From Octopus vulgaris (Eukaryota), in NCBI GenBank assembly GCA_951406725.2, contig OX597824.1, forward strand, positions 50,716,001 through 50,780,000: a stretch of DNA of 64,000 bases, written 5' to 3'. The notes under the pieces were generated by a model. It did not search any database, had not been told where the DNA came from, and saw only the letters and a list, made by a program, of their open reading frames with translations. Shown piece after piece: positions 14,525 to 28,199 of this stretch (position 1 is its first letter; each line of letters starts with the position of its first letter). Position numbers and translations under genes: made by a program.

Positions 14525-14921
14525 TATATATATATATATATATATAAAGCTGAAGTTGTCTGTGTATGGCAGGTGTGGTAGCTAACACTATCTCCTCCGA
14601 GACCCTGCGGCGCAAGTTGACCAAAATTGAGACTGTGATAGAAGAAGGCTTACTAATACTTCCGTAGAAGAAAAAAAAATCATATCGGACCATGTTAACA
14701 CAGAAAATTATTTACATCAAAAAGATGCTTTTTTTCTATGAAAATCCCTATTCGTTATGATTCTTTTTGACTGCTGTGTCGCCATTTTTCGGCGTATTTC
14801 AACCAGAGAAATGCTCACATAAAGAGAATAACAAGCTACATAATGCAATATTTTTGCTTTTCAAAAATTCCAATTCTAAATGGTCGAAACAAACTCGAGC
14901 AATTCCGGGCGATACTGCTAG
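14525..14921 (+). mobile_element. Non-autonomous Helitron
   Basis: 3' hairpin ctcgagcaattccggg followed by CTAG|T at 14918-14922; 5' TATATATAAAG...GTTGTCTGTG start; 3' end shared with the 51140 element. Confidence 0.7.
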
Positions 14922-14970
14922 TATATATATTCATATTTATATTAATACAAACATATATAAATATAAATAC

Positions 14971-15013
<43 letters not shown>

Positions 15014-15301
15014 TGATACATATATAAACATAAATATGATACATATATATGTATGTGTGTGTGTATATATATATTCAGAGAGAGACAGAGAGAGACAAAG
15101 GGATCCTAAAGAATATGATAATGCGTGAGAATATTATATATGTACGACGTAGTGGTGGATAAAATGAGAGACGAATTGTTGCATAAAAATGAGAGAAAAA
15201 TGAAGGATAGAAAGCTAGAGATAAATAGAGACAAACACTGTGAAGGAGAATGAGAGAGAGAGGGTGAAAGAGAGAGAGAGGGGGTGAAAGAGAGAGAGTG
15301 T

Positions 15302-15360
<59 letters not shown>

Positions 15361-16662
15361 CGAGAAAGAGAAAGAGACGAATCGATACATAAATACGTAG
15401 ATTCACTGATTGCTGGATAGGAAGACGTTGATTGACTAATTGATAAATATGTCGGCAAACTGATTGACAGATAAATCGATAGATATATACGTAGAAACAT
15501 ACATGCAAGCATGCATATTTAGAGATATTATTTCATAGCTTGTTGGGTCGATACGTATATAAATAAATACATGAATAAATGAATAAAAATGTTATAAGCG
15601 AATTAAGAAATGTAAGAAAAGAACATGATGATATGCGATGAAGAAGGCAAAGTGTGGTTAAGATGTAAAAGTACGAGAGAGAAAGAGTGAGAGAGAGAGA
15701 GAGAGAGAGAGATGAGAGAAGGGGGGATAGAGAAGATGGCGACGTCATGAAAGGCTATCAAAAGATTTGACTAACGGCCTATACTGGCTAACTTACAATA
15801 TTGATTGAAGCAGACGACACCAGTCTTTCTCAATAGATCATTGTTGGAGCTTTACAAAGACAGTTACAGTTTTCTTCTTTCTTTCTTCCTTCTTTTATTT
15901 ATTCCTCTCTTTGTCTTTCATTCTATCTTTCATTCATATCAACTTTCTCTTTCAGCATACTGGCTTTCCATCTTCCTTTTCTTCTTTCTACCATTCTTTC
16001 TATTACTTCTGCCTTTACATTCTCTTTATTTCTTTTTTTATCCCTTCAGCTCTTCCTTTTCATTGCTGCCGCTTTGTTTATTCTTTATTTTTTCCCCTAT
16101 TTTAAAATAGTATCCCTGTATTCATCTCTCTCCTTTTCTTTCACCTTCATGTACATTCTTTCTCACTAAATTCCTTAAACGCCGAGCCCTTTCCTTCCCC
16201 TCTTTCTTTCTTTCGTCTTCACTATTTTTAGTAGATGCTGTCTTCCTTGCAAAATGCAGAGGTTCAAATCAATACAACTTCTTTTCTAATACATCCTTGG
16301 AAAAGCCAGACTAGCCTCAAAGTACCTATCACAAATGGTTATAATTCTTTTGCCATTCATCAACAGCAATGTAAACAGTGGCAGCATTAAAGAAAAGACG
16401 AATGTTTATTTGTCTTCCTTGTGTTTGATGCAATTATTCACATAATACAAAATCTACTTCCTGTAGACCAAAGTTAAGAATCTAATCCAGGTTGACGGAC
16501 TTTTGCTTCATAGTTATCACTCAGACATATCCATCACGGCAGAGATAGACATGTACGCTGGCTTCCATGAATGCACAAGCGAGTCGTTCTGCATTCAATT
16601 GATCTACTTGAAATAACAACAAATGTAGACCTCGATACAATGTCATAATAATAATAATAATA

Positions 16663-17243
16663 GATGCAGTACCAGACAGTGACTCTCAATGCCCTGATGC
16701 AGTACCAGGCAGTGGCTCTCATGGCTTCTGATCTTAACTGATTGGAAGTGTCATCGTGTACATTGTTTTGTCTTGGTATAAAAGATGGGCTACAGCAAAT
16801 ATTCTGCTCAATACCACAGATTTGCTTGTCAGTTGTTTGACCTTAACCAGTTGAGCATGTCCCTTAGTGGCTGACGATATGTGCATCTCTGATCACGAGC
16901 AGAAGTAGTGGGGGAGCATCATAGCCATGTGTTGAGAGGGATTCTTTGGGGTTTGAATAATTCATCTCTGGAAACATGGGTGGTTCTTTCAACATCCTTA
17001 AACAACCCTTATTCAGGGACCTTTTGAGCGGATGGGCTACTTGACCTGACGAAAATTCTAACTGAGCCCCACCTGCAAGGTCATGCACTGTTTACCTTGA
17101 TATGAGATCACCATGTCGCGCACATATGGTTGTGATGCATGTGCCTAGTGTACCCTTATCAGACGGGTAGTCATGATGGGTATATTGGGCTTCGTATATT
17201 TTACCCCAGTGTCACTTTGATGGCATGAACTGCTCTCTCACTC
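16663..17243 (+). mobile_element. Non-coding ~550 bp (TAA)n-flanked element (family T)
   Basis: Starts GCCCTGATGCAGTACCAGG (5' ~25 nt duplicated at 16663), ends GCTCTCTCACTC-(AAT)n; five copies in the window. Confidence 0.85.
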
Positions 17244-17273
17244 AATAATAATAATAATAATGATAATGATATA

Positions 17274-17453
17274 GGTACAAGGCCTGAAATATTTGGGGGA
17301 GGTGACTAGAAGATTACATTGACTCCTGTATTTCACTGGTAATTAATTTAGCGAAAGGATGAAAGGCAAAGTCGACCTCGGCGGAATTTGAACTTAGAAC
17401 GTAGCGACGGGCGAAATACAGCTGAACATTTCGCCCGGCGAGCTAAAATTTCT
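17274..17453 (-). mobile_element. tRNA-derived SINE family B (Meta-domain-like)
   Basis: Minus strand GTTCAAATTCC B box plus GCCGAGGTCGACTTTGCCTTTCATCCTTTCG central domain. Confidence 0.75.
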
Positions 17454-17481
17454 AATATATAATAGTAGTAGTAGTAGTAGC

Positions 17482-17548
<67 letters not shown>

Positions 17549-17555
17549 ATATTAC

Positions 17556-17602
<47 letters not shown>

Positions 17603-17609
17603 TTAATAA

Positions 17610-18149
17610 CTCATGACTTCTGATCGCACATGGGTTCTGATGTGAACTGTTTGGAAATGTTATCATGTACATGTTCTATCTTGTTATTAAAGATAGGCTA
17701 CAGCAAATATTCTGCTCAATGCCGCAGATTTGCTTGTCAGTTGTTTGACCGTAACCAGTTGAGCGTGTCCTATGGTGACTGACGATATGTGCATCTCTGA
17801 CCACGAGCAGAAGTAGTGGGAGAGCACCATAGCCATGTGTTGAGAGGAATTCTTTGGGGTTTGAATAATTCAACGCCGGAAACATGGGTCTTTCATTCAA
17901 CAAACATCTTATTCAGGGACCTTTTGAGTCGGATGGGTTACTCGACCTGAAAATAAATTCTAACTGGGTCCCACATGCATGGTCATGCACTGTTAATCTT
18001 GATATGAGACCACCATGTGGCGCACATATGATTACTATGCATGTGCCTGGTGTACCCTTATCAGAAAAGTAGTCATGATGATGGGTATACTGGGTTTCGT
18101 ATATTTATACCCCAGTGTCACTTTGATGGCATGCGCTGCTCTTTCACTC
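17610..18149 (+). mobile_element. Family T element copy
   Basis: Colinear with 16720-17243; (AAT)n on both sides. Confidence 0.85.
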
Positions 18150-18289
<140 letters not shown>

Positions 18290-18302
18290 AAGTAATAATG
18301 AT

Positions 18303-18400
18303 AATAATTTCATTAATTTTCGCAAAGGCGAAGGATGACGAGAACAATACAAAGACAGACATAAAGTGTCGGGGCTTACATGCAATGGAATGATTTTTTA
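18303..18400 (-). mobile_element. 3' UTR tip of a Tx1/L1-like LINE
   Basis: Reverse complement matches 37980-38040 (atgtctgtctttgtattgt...ccttcg...aatgaaattat). Confidence 0.6.
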
Positions 18401-18429
18401 AAAAAAGGGTGAGTATACATAGTATTTTT

Positions 18430-18630
18430 GGCGCGAGGCCAGCAAGTTTGGTGGTTGAGTGCTAGTTGATTACATCAACCCCAGTGCTCAACTGGTACTT
18501 ATTTCATTGACCACGAAAGGATAAAAGACAAAGTTCACCATGGCGGAATTTGAAATCAGAACCTAAAGACGGACGAAATGCTGCCAAACATTTTTTCTGG
18601 TGTGCTAAAGATTCTGCTAGCTCTCCGCCA
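18430..18630 (-). mobile_element. SINE family B copy
   Basis: ccccagtgctcaactggtactta...gaaagga...ggcggaatttga...ctctccgcc. Confidence 0.75.
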
Positions 18631-19752
18631 TTATAATGATAATGATTATAAAAAAATGATGATGATGATGATGAGGATGATGATGAAGGCACACTCGTGC
18701 GCGCACGCTTGTTGTGTGTGTGTATTACTATTCCGAAAGTTTTGGAGGAAGCAGCGAGTGGATTATATCGTCCTCAGAGTTAGACTGTTAATTAATTTGA
18801 AGGAAGAAAGGCAAAGTCAACCTCGGTGAAATATAAACTCAAAACGTAAATGTTGATTAAGATCTTTAATCGTAGGACTGTTCGATCAGAGCTCACAAAA
18901 CGTTGAACTGAAAAACGATGTCTTTACCGCTGCGAAACACGTTTTGAAGCATTTCAGGAGTTATCTTCTGCAGTGCTAACTGAATGCGTTCTTTGCCTCA
19001 TCCCGGGAATGGAGGTGAAGAAAATGGTTGCGACTAAATTGAAAAATAACTGTCGTGGACAGATAAGCGGGATCCATGAAGGATGAAAATAAAATCACAA
19101 AAGCAAACAAAAAAATTATAGAAGTTATAACATTATAAACAAAATTAAAAATCTAAACACTTAACACTTGTTAAACATGATAAGCTTAAATAAAAGTGGG
19201 TCTTTAAAAAAAAACACGTCCCATTTCACGGAAATAGATAGTTAAATTTGGGACACCCTATATGATAGCTTTTTATTCAGAGCTCAGATTTTCCTAAACT
19301 TGGTCCTTGCGAGGTAAATTTGCCCGAAAGTTCTTATAAATCCTTTGACAATCTAATCAAACGTTGTCCTTTCAGACAAATATAGATATTCACACACACA
19401 TACACACACGCGCACACCCCAATACACACAAACATTCATATTCATACACTTTCTCGTGTATTGTTTTTCATTCGAACACCCACTACATTCAGAATCACCC
19501 ACACAAGCACATACACACTCATACATTCATACGCTCCTCTTAAACTTACAGCATCCCTCTGATATGAGGCACACACACATACATACACACACACGGGCTC
19601 ATATGGGGCATTCTCATCCAAGCTCTCTCCTTCGCTCACAGTCATATGGTCATAAAAATACATACATACACAAACATAAACTTACACATAAGCACACACC
19701 CATAGAGAAACATAAACACACGCGCGCACACATGGCTGCACGCACAGACACA

Positions 19753-19792
<40 letters not shown>

Positions 19793-20101
19793 ATCTCTTC
19801 AGGCGAGCGAACTTATTCAACGACTCACGATGATTTATTATCACAGCCGCCATGTTTCAGAGTGATTTTTCAGGTAAATGGGTCGATTTTGGATTTTTGT
19901 AATGAATATCTTATAAAAGCTTTAATCACCCGAACGGTGACGTCAGCTTTATAAATTAAACACTTTCCACATACGCTTATTTACTCTTCAAGTATCTTAA
20001 TGATTTAACAGCCTAATTATTTATTAATCTACATTATTTTTGACCAGAACGCAGTTGTGAAATCAATCGGGGAGGTAAAAAAAATAGCACACATACAAAC
20101 G

Positions 20102-20155
<54 letters not shown>

Positions 20156-20611
20156 TAAACACGCGCGTGCACTCACACACATACATACATACGTAATTAT
20201 ATATATATGTATGTGTATATTTTATATTAATTTTATTTCTATATTTTGGTTTGTTTTTCACTGTTTGATTTGCCTAATAGTGGTTTTATCTCTAATTTAA
20301 TTTATAATATATAAATATTATTTACATATATATATATATTTACATATATACATATATATTTACATATATATATATTCATATATACAAAAACACGCAAGCA
20401 CACACAAATATGCACATACACGTACGCATGGATATGTTTACATACATATGCAGATATAACCAGATATACACACAGGGATGTGTAGTGCTAAAAAGAACAG
20501 AAGTCCATCATAACAGACAAAAAGCGTCCATCAGCAGCAGTGGAATTATTGAATCCGGATTTCTGTGTTTTTCTATGTCATCAGTTGAAAGAATCCACTT
20601 TCACGTGTATG

Positions 20612-20732
<121 letters not shown>

Positions 20733-20738
20733 AGTTTG

Positions 20739-20769
<31 letters not shown>

Positions 20770-20909
20770 TACGGAGATGTACTTGCATAGCAAGTGATTT
20801 GATCTGAGATCGTGTGCTGAAACGAAAACAATTGCAGCGTGGAAGGTGTTTGTAAGCCATTTAAGAAACACACAAAAGCCGTTCGATTCACTTCTACATT
20901 TAAGTTTAA

Positions 20910-20960
20910 TTTGTCAAAATATTTTCGTCGTTTTAAGACCGCGACCTCTTCACTGACAAA
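20910..20960 (-). ncRNA. Minimal hammerhead motif (G3 variant), left palindrome arm
   Basis: Mirror of 21000-21050 with one stem II mismatch. Confidence 0.6.
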
Positions 20961-20999
20961 AATCCGTGCTGCATCCGTACTGGAGATGCAGCACGGATT

Positions 21000-21050
21000 T
21001 TTGTCAGTGAAGAGGTCGCGGTCTTAAAGCGACGAAAATATTTTGACAAA
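21000..21050 (+). ncRNA. Minimal hammerhead motif (G3 variant), right palindrome arm
   Basis: TTTGTCA-GTGAAGA-g-GTCGC-ggtcttaaa-GCGAC-GAAA-ATAT-TT-TGACAAA. Confidence 0.65.
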
Positions 21051-21134
21051 TTAAACTTAAATGTAGAAGTGAATCGAACGACTTTTGTGTGTTTCTTAAA
21101 TGGCTTACAAACACCTTCCATGCTGCAATTGTAT

Positions 21135-22101
21135 GACTGTCTTGGGCCCGCTACTCTTTATAATTTACATAAACGACCTTTCCAGTGTCGTACGTTACTG
21201 CAAAGTGAAAATATTTGCTGATGACACTAAGTTCCAGCAAATCGTCAATGAAGAAGCAGACCGAACTCAACTCCAGTCTGATCTATATGCTGTGAGTCAA
21301 TGGGCAGACAGAAACAAAATGCAACTGAACAATATCAGAGACCTGGGTGTAATTGTTGATGACGATCTCAGTTGGAGTGCACACATCAACAATAAGGTTG
21401 ATATAGCTCGTAGGATGAGTTCCTGGATCGTAAGAATTTTCCGGTCCAGAGAACAAGGTGTCATCATACTACTTTTCTCCTCCTTTGTACGGCCACACCT
21501 CGAATACTGCTGCCCACTGTGGTCTCCCCATACAAGACAAAACATCTCGAGGATTGAATCACCAGGAGGGCACTCACTAAACGAATCGAAGGCATGGCTG
21601 CTCTCGATTATTGGGATCGCCTTAAAGCCTTGAAACTCTACTCTCTCCAGCGTCGTCGTGAGCGGTACATCATTTGTACGATGTGGAGAATATACCGCCA
21701 ACTTTGCCCAAACGACCTGAACATTAGCTTCAAGGTTCATCCAAGATTGGGACCACGGGCCATACGTCCCCTGCCCAATTCAAGATCACAGCATACATGT
21801 ACACTGCAACATAATTTCTTTTCCTCAACAGGCCCTGCCCTATTTAACATTGTCCCGAAAGAGATCAAAGAGGAAAAGGATCGCATCAACTTTAAACGGA
21901 GTCTGGATAGATTCCTTCAAGGAATACCAGATAAGCCACACATAATTGGATACAACTCACCCAACAAAAAATCACTACTTGAATGGACCATAAACAAAAC
22001 TTGACTTAAACAGGATTCAGATAATCCTATCAGGTGGTGCTATTAAGTTAGACATGGCCTAGACCAATCTTTGGTCGAAACATATCTAAGTTTTATCTAA
22101 G

Positions 22102-22104
<3 letters not shown>
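21135..22104 (+). mobile_element. 5'-truncated CR1/L2-group LINE (RT C-terminal half plus 3' UTR)
   Basis: VLGPLLFIIYINDL...IFADDTK...RDLGVIVD...VRPHLEYCCPLWSP...YWDRLKALKLYSLQRRRER; frameshift near 21570; hairpin plus (TATCTAAGTTT)2 tail. Confidence 0.92.
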
Positions 22105-22162
<58 letters not shown>

Positions 22163-22225
22163 AAACTGACATATAGACATCAATTTATTAGGACATAATA
22201 CAATTGTGAACAATATCAAACTCAA

Positions 22226-22330
22226 TTTCAAGCTACAATTGTTTCCATGCCCAATTAATTCAATTTGAGAAGTTAAATTAAATTAAATTTCCATATCGAA
22301 TATCATTGGGTATTTTCTCATGGGGAGAAT
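22226..22330 (-). ncRNA. Degenerate hammerhead remnant
   Basis: GAAA-CAATTG-TA on the minus strand and stem II atgcccaat/attgggtat; CUGANGA core badly decayed. Confidence 0.35.
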
Positions 22331-22544
22331 TTGATAGATTCCGATGTGTAGCTTGACTCTTGATAGACTAAGTTATGTGTGTTTCAGCAATCAACGTATG
22401 TCGCTACTTATGTATATGTAAATGCAACTCCATCTAATGCATTTGTACGCATGCGTGTGTAATGTGTCGCAAAACAAAAACAAAATATCAGTTAGTTTAA
22501 ACGATATTTCTATAACAATATATGCCACAATAATTAAGAAACCT

Positions 22545-22780
22545 ACATAATGTGGATATAGATATCTTCAAAAAGGAACTAGACATCCTCTTCTCCCCGA
22601 TACTCGATGGACCGACAGCCTGGCATGAGGTACTGGCGAGAGCAGCGGATTCAAACTTCCTCTGAGACAAAATTGTCCAACAGCTGGAACAAAGTCAGAG
22701 GCAAAAGTAATAATGTGAAGCCATGATGGTGCTCCAGTAGCACCGAAACTCCGTGGATGAACCGAATAAAAGACTAAAAG
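22545..22780 (+). mobile_element. 3' end fragment of a second CR1/L2-group LINE
   Basis: DIFKKELDILFSPILDGP...SNFL resembles NFKRSLDRFLQGIPDKP; GGTGCTCCAG tail with TAAAAGA repeats. Confidence 0.6.
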
Positions 22781-22888
22781 TATATGTGTGTGTTATATGT
22801 ATGTATATGTGTATGTATGTATGTATGTATGTATGTATGTATGTATGTATGTATGTATGTATGTATGTATATATATATGTGTATGTGT

Positions 22889-22920
<32 letters not shown>

Positions 22921-22972
22921 TAAATGCGGTGCTCCAGCATGGATGCAGTAGAAATGACAGAAACAAGTAAAA

Positions 22973-23007
<35 letters not shown>

Positions 23008-23397
23008 CATATAGATAAAACTTACTTGGAAAAGGATGCGTGGTGTCGATCATATAATAATATAAATAATATATAAATATATGCATATATACATATATTG
23101 CTTATACCTGACTCTTCGTGCTTATACCTGTCTCCTCTTATAAGCTCGTCTTCCTAGTGTTCATAATAATTTTTCTATCGTCTTGGCTTAACAGCCCTCA
23201 CCGTTTGTTTTTACTGTTTTGTTTTCACTGTCCTGTTTTTATTACTAGTTTCACGCCCCGCAAAAAATCCCAGATTTTATTTCATTTGCTTTGCGGGAAG
23301 GACTGTTTCAACGAAGTCGCGTATTGTCCTTACCAGAGGGATGTTTATCCCTTTTCATCAGTGCGAAGGTTGGTTGAGAAAGCATCCATTAATGTTA

Positions 23398-23542
23398 TAT
23401 CGCCTGAAGAAATGAATCCATGAAGATGATCAACCTGATATCCATGGATACTACGAACTACACTGTAACCATCCCAGAATATGGACTGTGAATTTATGTA
23501 ATTTGTGGAAACATGTAATTTGTGGAAACGCGTGTAGTGATG
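23398..23542 (+). ncRNA. Hammerhead motif with long stem II
   Basis: TATCGC-CTGAAGA-(~114 nt)-GAAA-CGCGTG-TA-GTGATG. Confidence 0.55.
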
Positions 23543-23676
23543 CATTAAATGTTTATAAATTTCATCCCAGGATTATTGTTATTAATATATTTATCCTACA
23601 TTATATCGTGACAGCTTGATGCAACCCCAAAGACTGGTTCTCTCTCTCTCCCTCTCTGTCTGTCTGTCTGTCTGTT

Positions 23677-23712
<36 letters not shown>

Positions 23713-24793
23713 CACATATTTTGAAATTATTGTGCAAGTTTGCTAACCTGAAATCCTCTCTTGTTCAACTATGCCGATGGTCATAAGTACGTGCACTGGT
23801 TGCATTTCACTTCTTATTTGTCACTAAATACGAACGACTTAATCGTCAAGTGACCTGGTGTAAGGAGGTCATGTCACTCACGTGGATGCGAATGGTAATG
23901 AAAGTTCTCTAACAAACCAGCTGATTGGTTGATTCATCATACGATTAATTACGTACATAATTTCCAAACTCTTTAACTGGTCAACAAGATGAATAAAAAT
24001 TATAAAAATAGTGATATAGAACTGGTACCGTACAATATTCAAATTAACATGAACTGTAAACATAGGGTTTTGAAAGATTTAATATCCTTGATATAATTCG
24101 AGAAATATTCATAATTCATATTTTCACTTACCAGTAAAGCTTAGACTACTCGATCAAACTGCGCTGTAAATCGCCAATGAATAATGAGAATAAAAACTTA
24201 GATTAACAGAGATTTCAATTTAATATATACACGTCATATAATTCGCTGTCTCGTTTTAACGTTGTGGTTAACAGACAGAAACAAAGAAGAATGTCAGAAA
24301 AAGATAAACTTTACATGCTCATACATATACAAATAATTGTCTACTCTTCTATGTGTGTGTGTGTGTGTGTGTGTCCTTGGGTCCGTATCTGTGTGTGCAT
24401 GTGCGTATGTGCGCGTGTGTTTGCGTACATGTATGTTTATAGGTGTGTGTGTTGTATCTGGATATGGTCTTCGAACACTTAGTTTCTTTTCTGTCTTCTG
24501 TTATAAGAAATATAACAGGAGCATTAAAAGCTGTAATGCAATATCTTTTTTTCTTCCTTTTTATTTATTGCCATCATCCTACATAGTTTACCTTCCTTCT
24601 CACCGGTATTGTTTGAAAGTATTTTAAAGTATGACAAATACATTTTCTTTATTCCCCGATCGAAGACGGTTCTGCTTGTATTTCATATACTCTCTCTCCA
24701 TAGCATATCGTGAATATTTATTTAAATTACATGTATGTATGTATGTATGTATGTATGTATGTATGTATGTATGTATGTATGTATGTATGTATG

Positions 24794-24824
<31 letters not shown>

Positions 24825-25089
24825 CAGACAGATATCCTGATTTGTCCTGAAGCCAGTTGCCCTATATATATAAGAATATGAGGGGTTTAGCTCATTTGTG
24901 ATCTAAACGAATAGGCACGCTGGGTAAGTGCCATAGTATGTCGACCGTTAGGTTCCACGAGCACAGCTAAGGCCGGATCTAGGGATCCGTGTTAGGGTTC
25001 CGTAATAGCAGGTATATATTATATTAGAGGAAAAATCAAAACCATGACAGAACGTGTATCTCAAGTCATTTAGAATAATTTAATTTGAA

Positions 25090-25151
25090 GTCTTACAGCC
25101 GTTTCTGGTAGGTTAGCATGCCCATGCATTGGGTATGCTGTGATCAGAGAC
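25090..25151 (-). ncRNA. Hammerhead motif (C8 variant or decayed)
   Basis: Minus: GTCT-CTGATCA-cAGCATaCCCAatgcaTGGGcATGCTaacctacca-GAAA-CGGCTG-TA-AGAC. Confidence 0.55.
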
Positions 25152-25276
25152 AAGGCATGAATATTTTAGACGGGGAAAAATTTACAGTTTACAAGGAATA
25201 AAATTCAGTTTATAAGGAATAAAATAGAAGAATAAAGAGTAAAAGTAGTTAGAAGAATATAGGCAGGAGAATAATA

Positions 25277-25352
<76 letters not shown>

Positions 25353-25353
25353 T

Positions 25354-25412
<59 letters not shown>

Positions 25413-25956
25413 CATATATAAGTATAGATATATATGTATATATGTATGTGTCTGTGTGAGTTTGTGTGTGTTTATATCTATATCTATCTATCTATTTCTC
25501 TCTCTATATAAATATATGTATATGTATAGACATATATATATATATATACATACACGTGCGTGCGAATATGGACGCGTGCATAAACATACACACACACACA
25601 CAGACACACACGCATAGGTGCTTGTAACGTACAAAAAGCGTGTTGTTTCCACTTAATACAAATTTGTTATTATTCATATATTCATTTATAAGTAAATAAA
25701 TTAATTAATGTACAGACGTACAATCATGCTCCTGCGTCAGCATGTGAGAGTGTGCTCATATAAATAAGTTTGGTAGGTATTTGTTATGCATCAAAAAGAA
25801 GATACTATGTAGACGTGTGTAACATTATTACGCTTCGGTGAGGAGAACAGTTCACAACCAAACGTACAAATACGCAGGCACACGTACGCACAAACAGACA
25901 CACGCTGTCTCTATATCTATGTATATATATACGGTGCATGCATACGTAAGTGCGTA

Positions 25957-26099
<143 letters not shown>

Positions 26100-28199
26100 C
26101 GTATACATATGTATATGTACACACACACAAACACACACATACTTACATACATATATATGTGTTTCCGTGTGTGCAAATTGTATAAGTACTGAATGTGTAT
26201 GTATGCATAATATGCGTATGATTTTTCTATTGCAAATGTGTGTATGCGCATGTGCATGGATTCAGCCACGGGCAGTCACTCGAGAACTCATGCGCTTATA
26301 TAAGATTTGTGACGGTTGGTTAAACAATAACTATTGACACACACATAATCACACATGCACACACATACTTATGACAGTATATCTGTGCATGTATATGAAT
26401 ATTTTATATACAGATACTTATATGTATATATATATATATATACACACACATACATACATATATGTATGTGTGCATGTGAGCGTGTGAGTGCGTGTTTGTG
26501 TGTCAGTCCATGAATGTGTGCCCGCATCAATCTTTGTGATGTCTGAAAGATCGATCTACACAAGCAATACAAGTGTAACAGGGTTAGAGCCAGACAATAG
26601 CATTTTAATGAAAACATGTTAATAATGCAACAATTATTCAACACTTATTTATTTATTGTCTCCTGTGTTCCGACAACGATCATATACTGTAAAGTAGTGC
26701 TAAGTACCAGGTAATCCCTATTTGCGATGAGGTTTCAATTCGCATGTGGCCTTTTTCCTTGAAGACATCATAATCTGCTGACTTGGTTCATATCATTGAT
26801 AATGTCTACTTTCACTTTTCACATGTCAGATGACCTAATCTTCGTTGCTTCATTCACTCTATTATTTTCTTCATGTCCCTGTTGGTGTTCTTTGGTCGAG
26901 TTCATTTCTGATTGAGTGGACATATGATCAAACACGTTCTAGCCGTGCGACTAGCTACCTCTTCTCGTATCTATTAGAATCCATTGTGCAAAGTGTTCAT
27001 TAACTTTTCAGCTAGGTAAATGGTGATTTGAGGACGATTTGGTTGCTATTTTAGGCATTTTGAATGATCCTGTAAAAGCACCGTCTGTAACTTCTGTTAC
27101 ATGTAGTTCTATTTGTGCCAATAGGATCCATGTCTTATGTAAATGAAGATATGGACCAATTGGCCAACATTTCTAGCATTTATAAGAAGACATTCAGTTC
27201 CCCTATCATACTACTGATCTCTTTCCTCCGTACACACAAACACACTGAAAAACACATACGTACATACATAATACATACATAATACATACATACATACATA
27301 CATACATATAGAAGCTCATATAACAGTATAAAACATGCAAATATTCATGACCACATAAAAACCTCTATCCACCGCATATATAGACATCTCTGATGGTACC
27401 CTACATTCCTTCTAATCTTCCACACTCCAGTGTCATCTACAGGCAACTTAGACATCTCTAGTCAAATCTATTCTTACTCCATACACGGAGACCCTAGAAG
27501 CGTTCAATAGCCGGATAATACCAGTTTCGTTCACTTTTGCACGCAAAAAAAGAGAAAAATAAACATCGTACATATCGAGAAGACATCGCATGACAACACA
27601 GAAGATGAGCAGCCTGCGATCGCTTCGGATGATTAACCATGCTTTCCCTACAAATATCCTCTGGCGAACAATCATATCAAAGACTGTATCTAAACACAAA
27701 ACTAAAACAAAAACTGGTCCTTTACATCAAGCAAACAAAATATTTCAGCCCCAGGGTGAGTCACATCGATAAACCTCGTTTCCCTTCCCCTTCTTTACTG
27801 TCACACTAAGACACCAGTAGTATATGTATGTATTAGTATATAGTATGTATATATCTGCGAGAAATACACACGCGCGCACACACATACATTCATGCATGCA
27901 TACATGCATGCATACATACATATATACATGCATACATACATACATACATACATACATACATACATACATACATACATACATACATACATACATACATACA
28001 TAGGGATATAGATGCAGGAAAAGCAGTAAAATGTGACAACCGATGCAGACTTTGTGGAATTAACACCAAAGATGTCACCCGCATCATAAGCAGTATCCGA
28101 AAATGTCATTACGGTATTATCTACTGAAGAGACATGATGTAGCTTGGACACTCGATAATGAAATCCGTCGGAAGGATAACCCCTAGGACAAAGAAATAG

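Larger units (their letters stand above)
20828..21132. repeat. Near-perfect inverted repeat (148-bp arms, 9-nt spacer), Penelope pLTR-like
   Basis: 20828-20975 is the reverse complement of 20985-21132 with about 3 mismatches; each arm carries an HHR motif. Confidence 0.95.

Noticed and set aside
16691-16760. HDV-like ribozyme at the 5' end of family T
   Set aside because: A P3/L3-like hairpin is possible, but P1, P2 and J4/2 could not be assigned
19848-19880. CTGAAAA...GAAA-CATG motif on the minus strand
   Set aside because: No stem I or II and no UH cleavage triplet
26650-27790. Possible host exons in complex-looking sequence (also 16250-16640, 63290-63930)
   Set aside because: No recognisable protein motif or convincing splice-bounded frame; small exons cannot be excluded without RNA-seq
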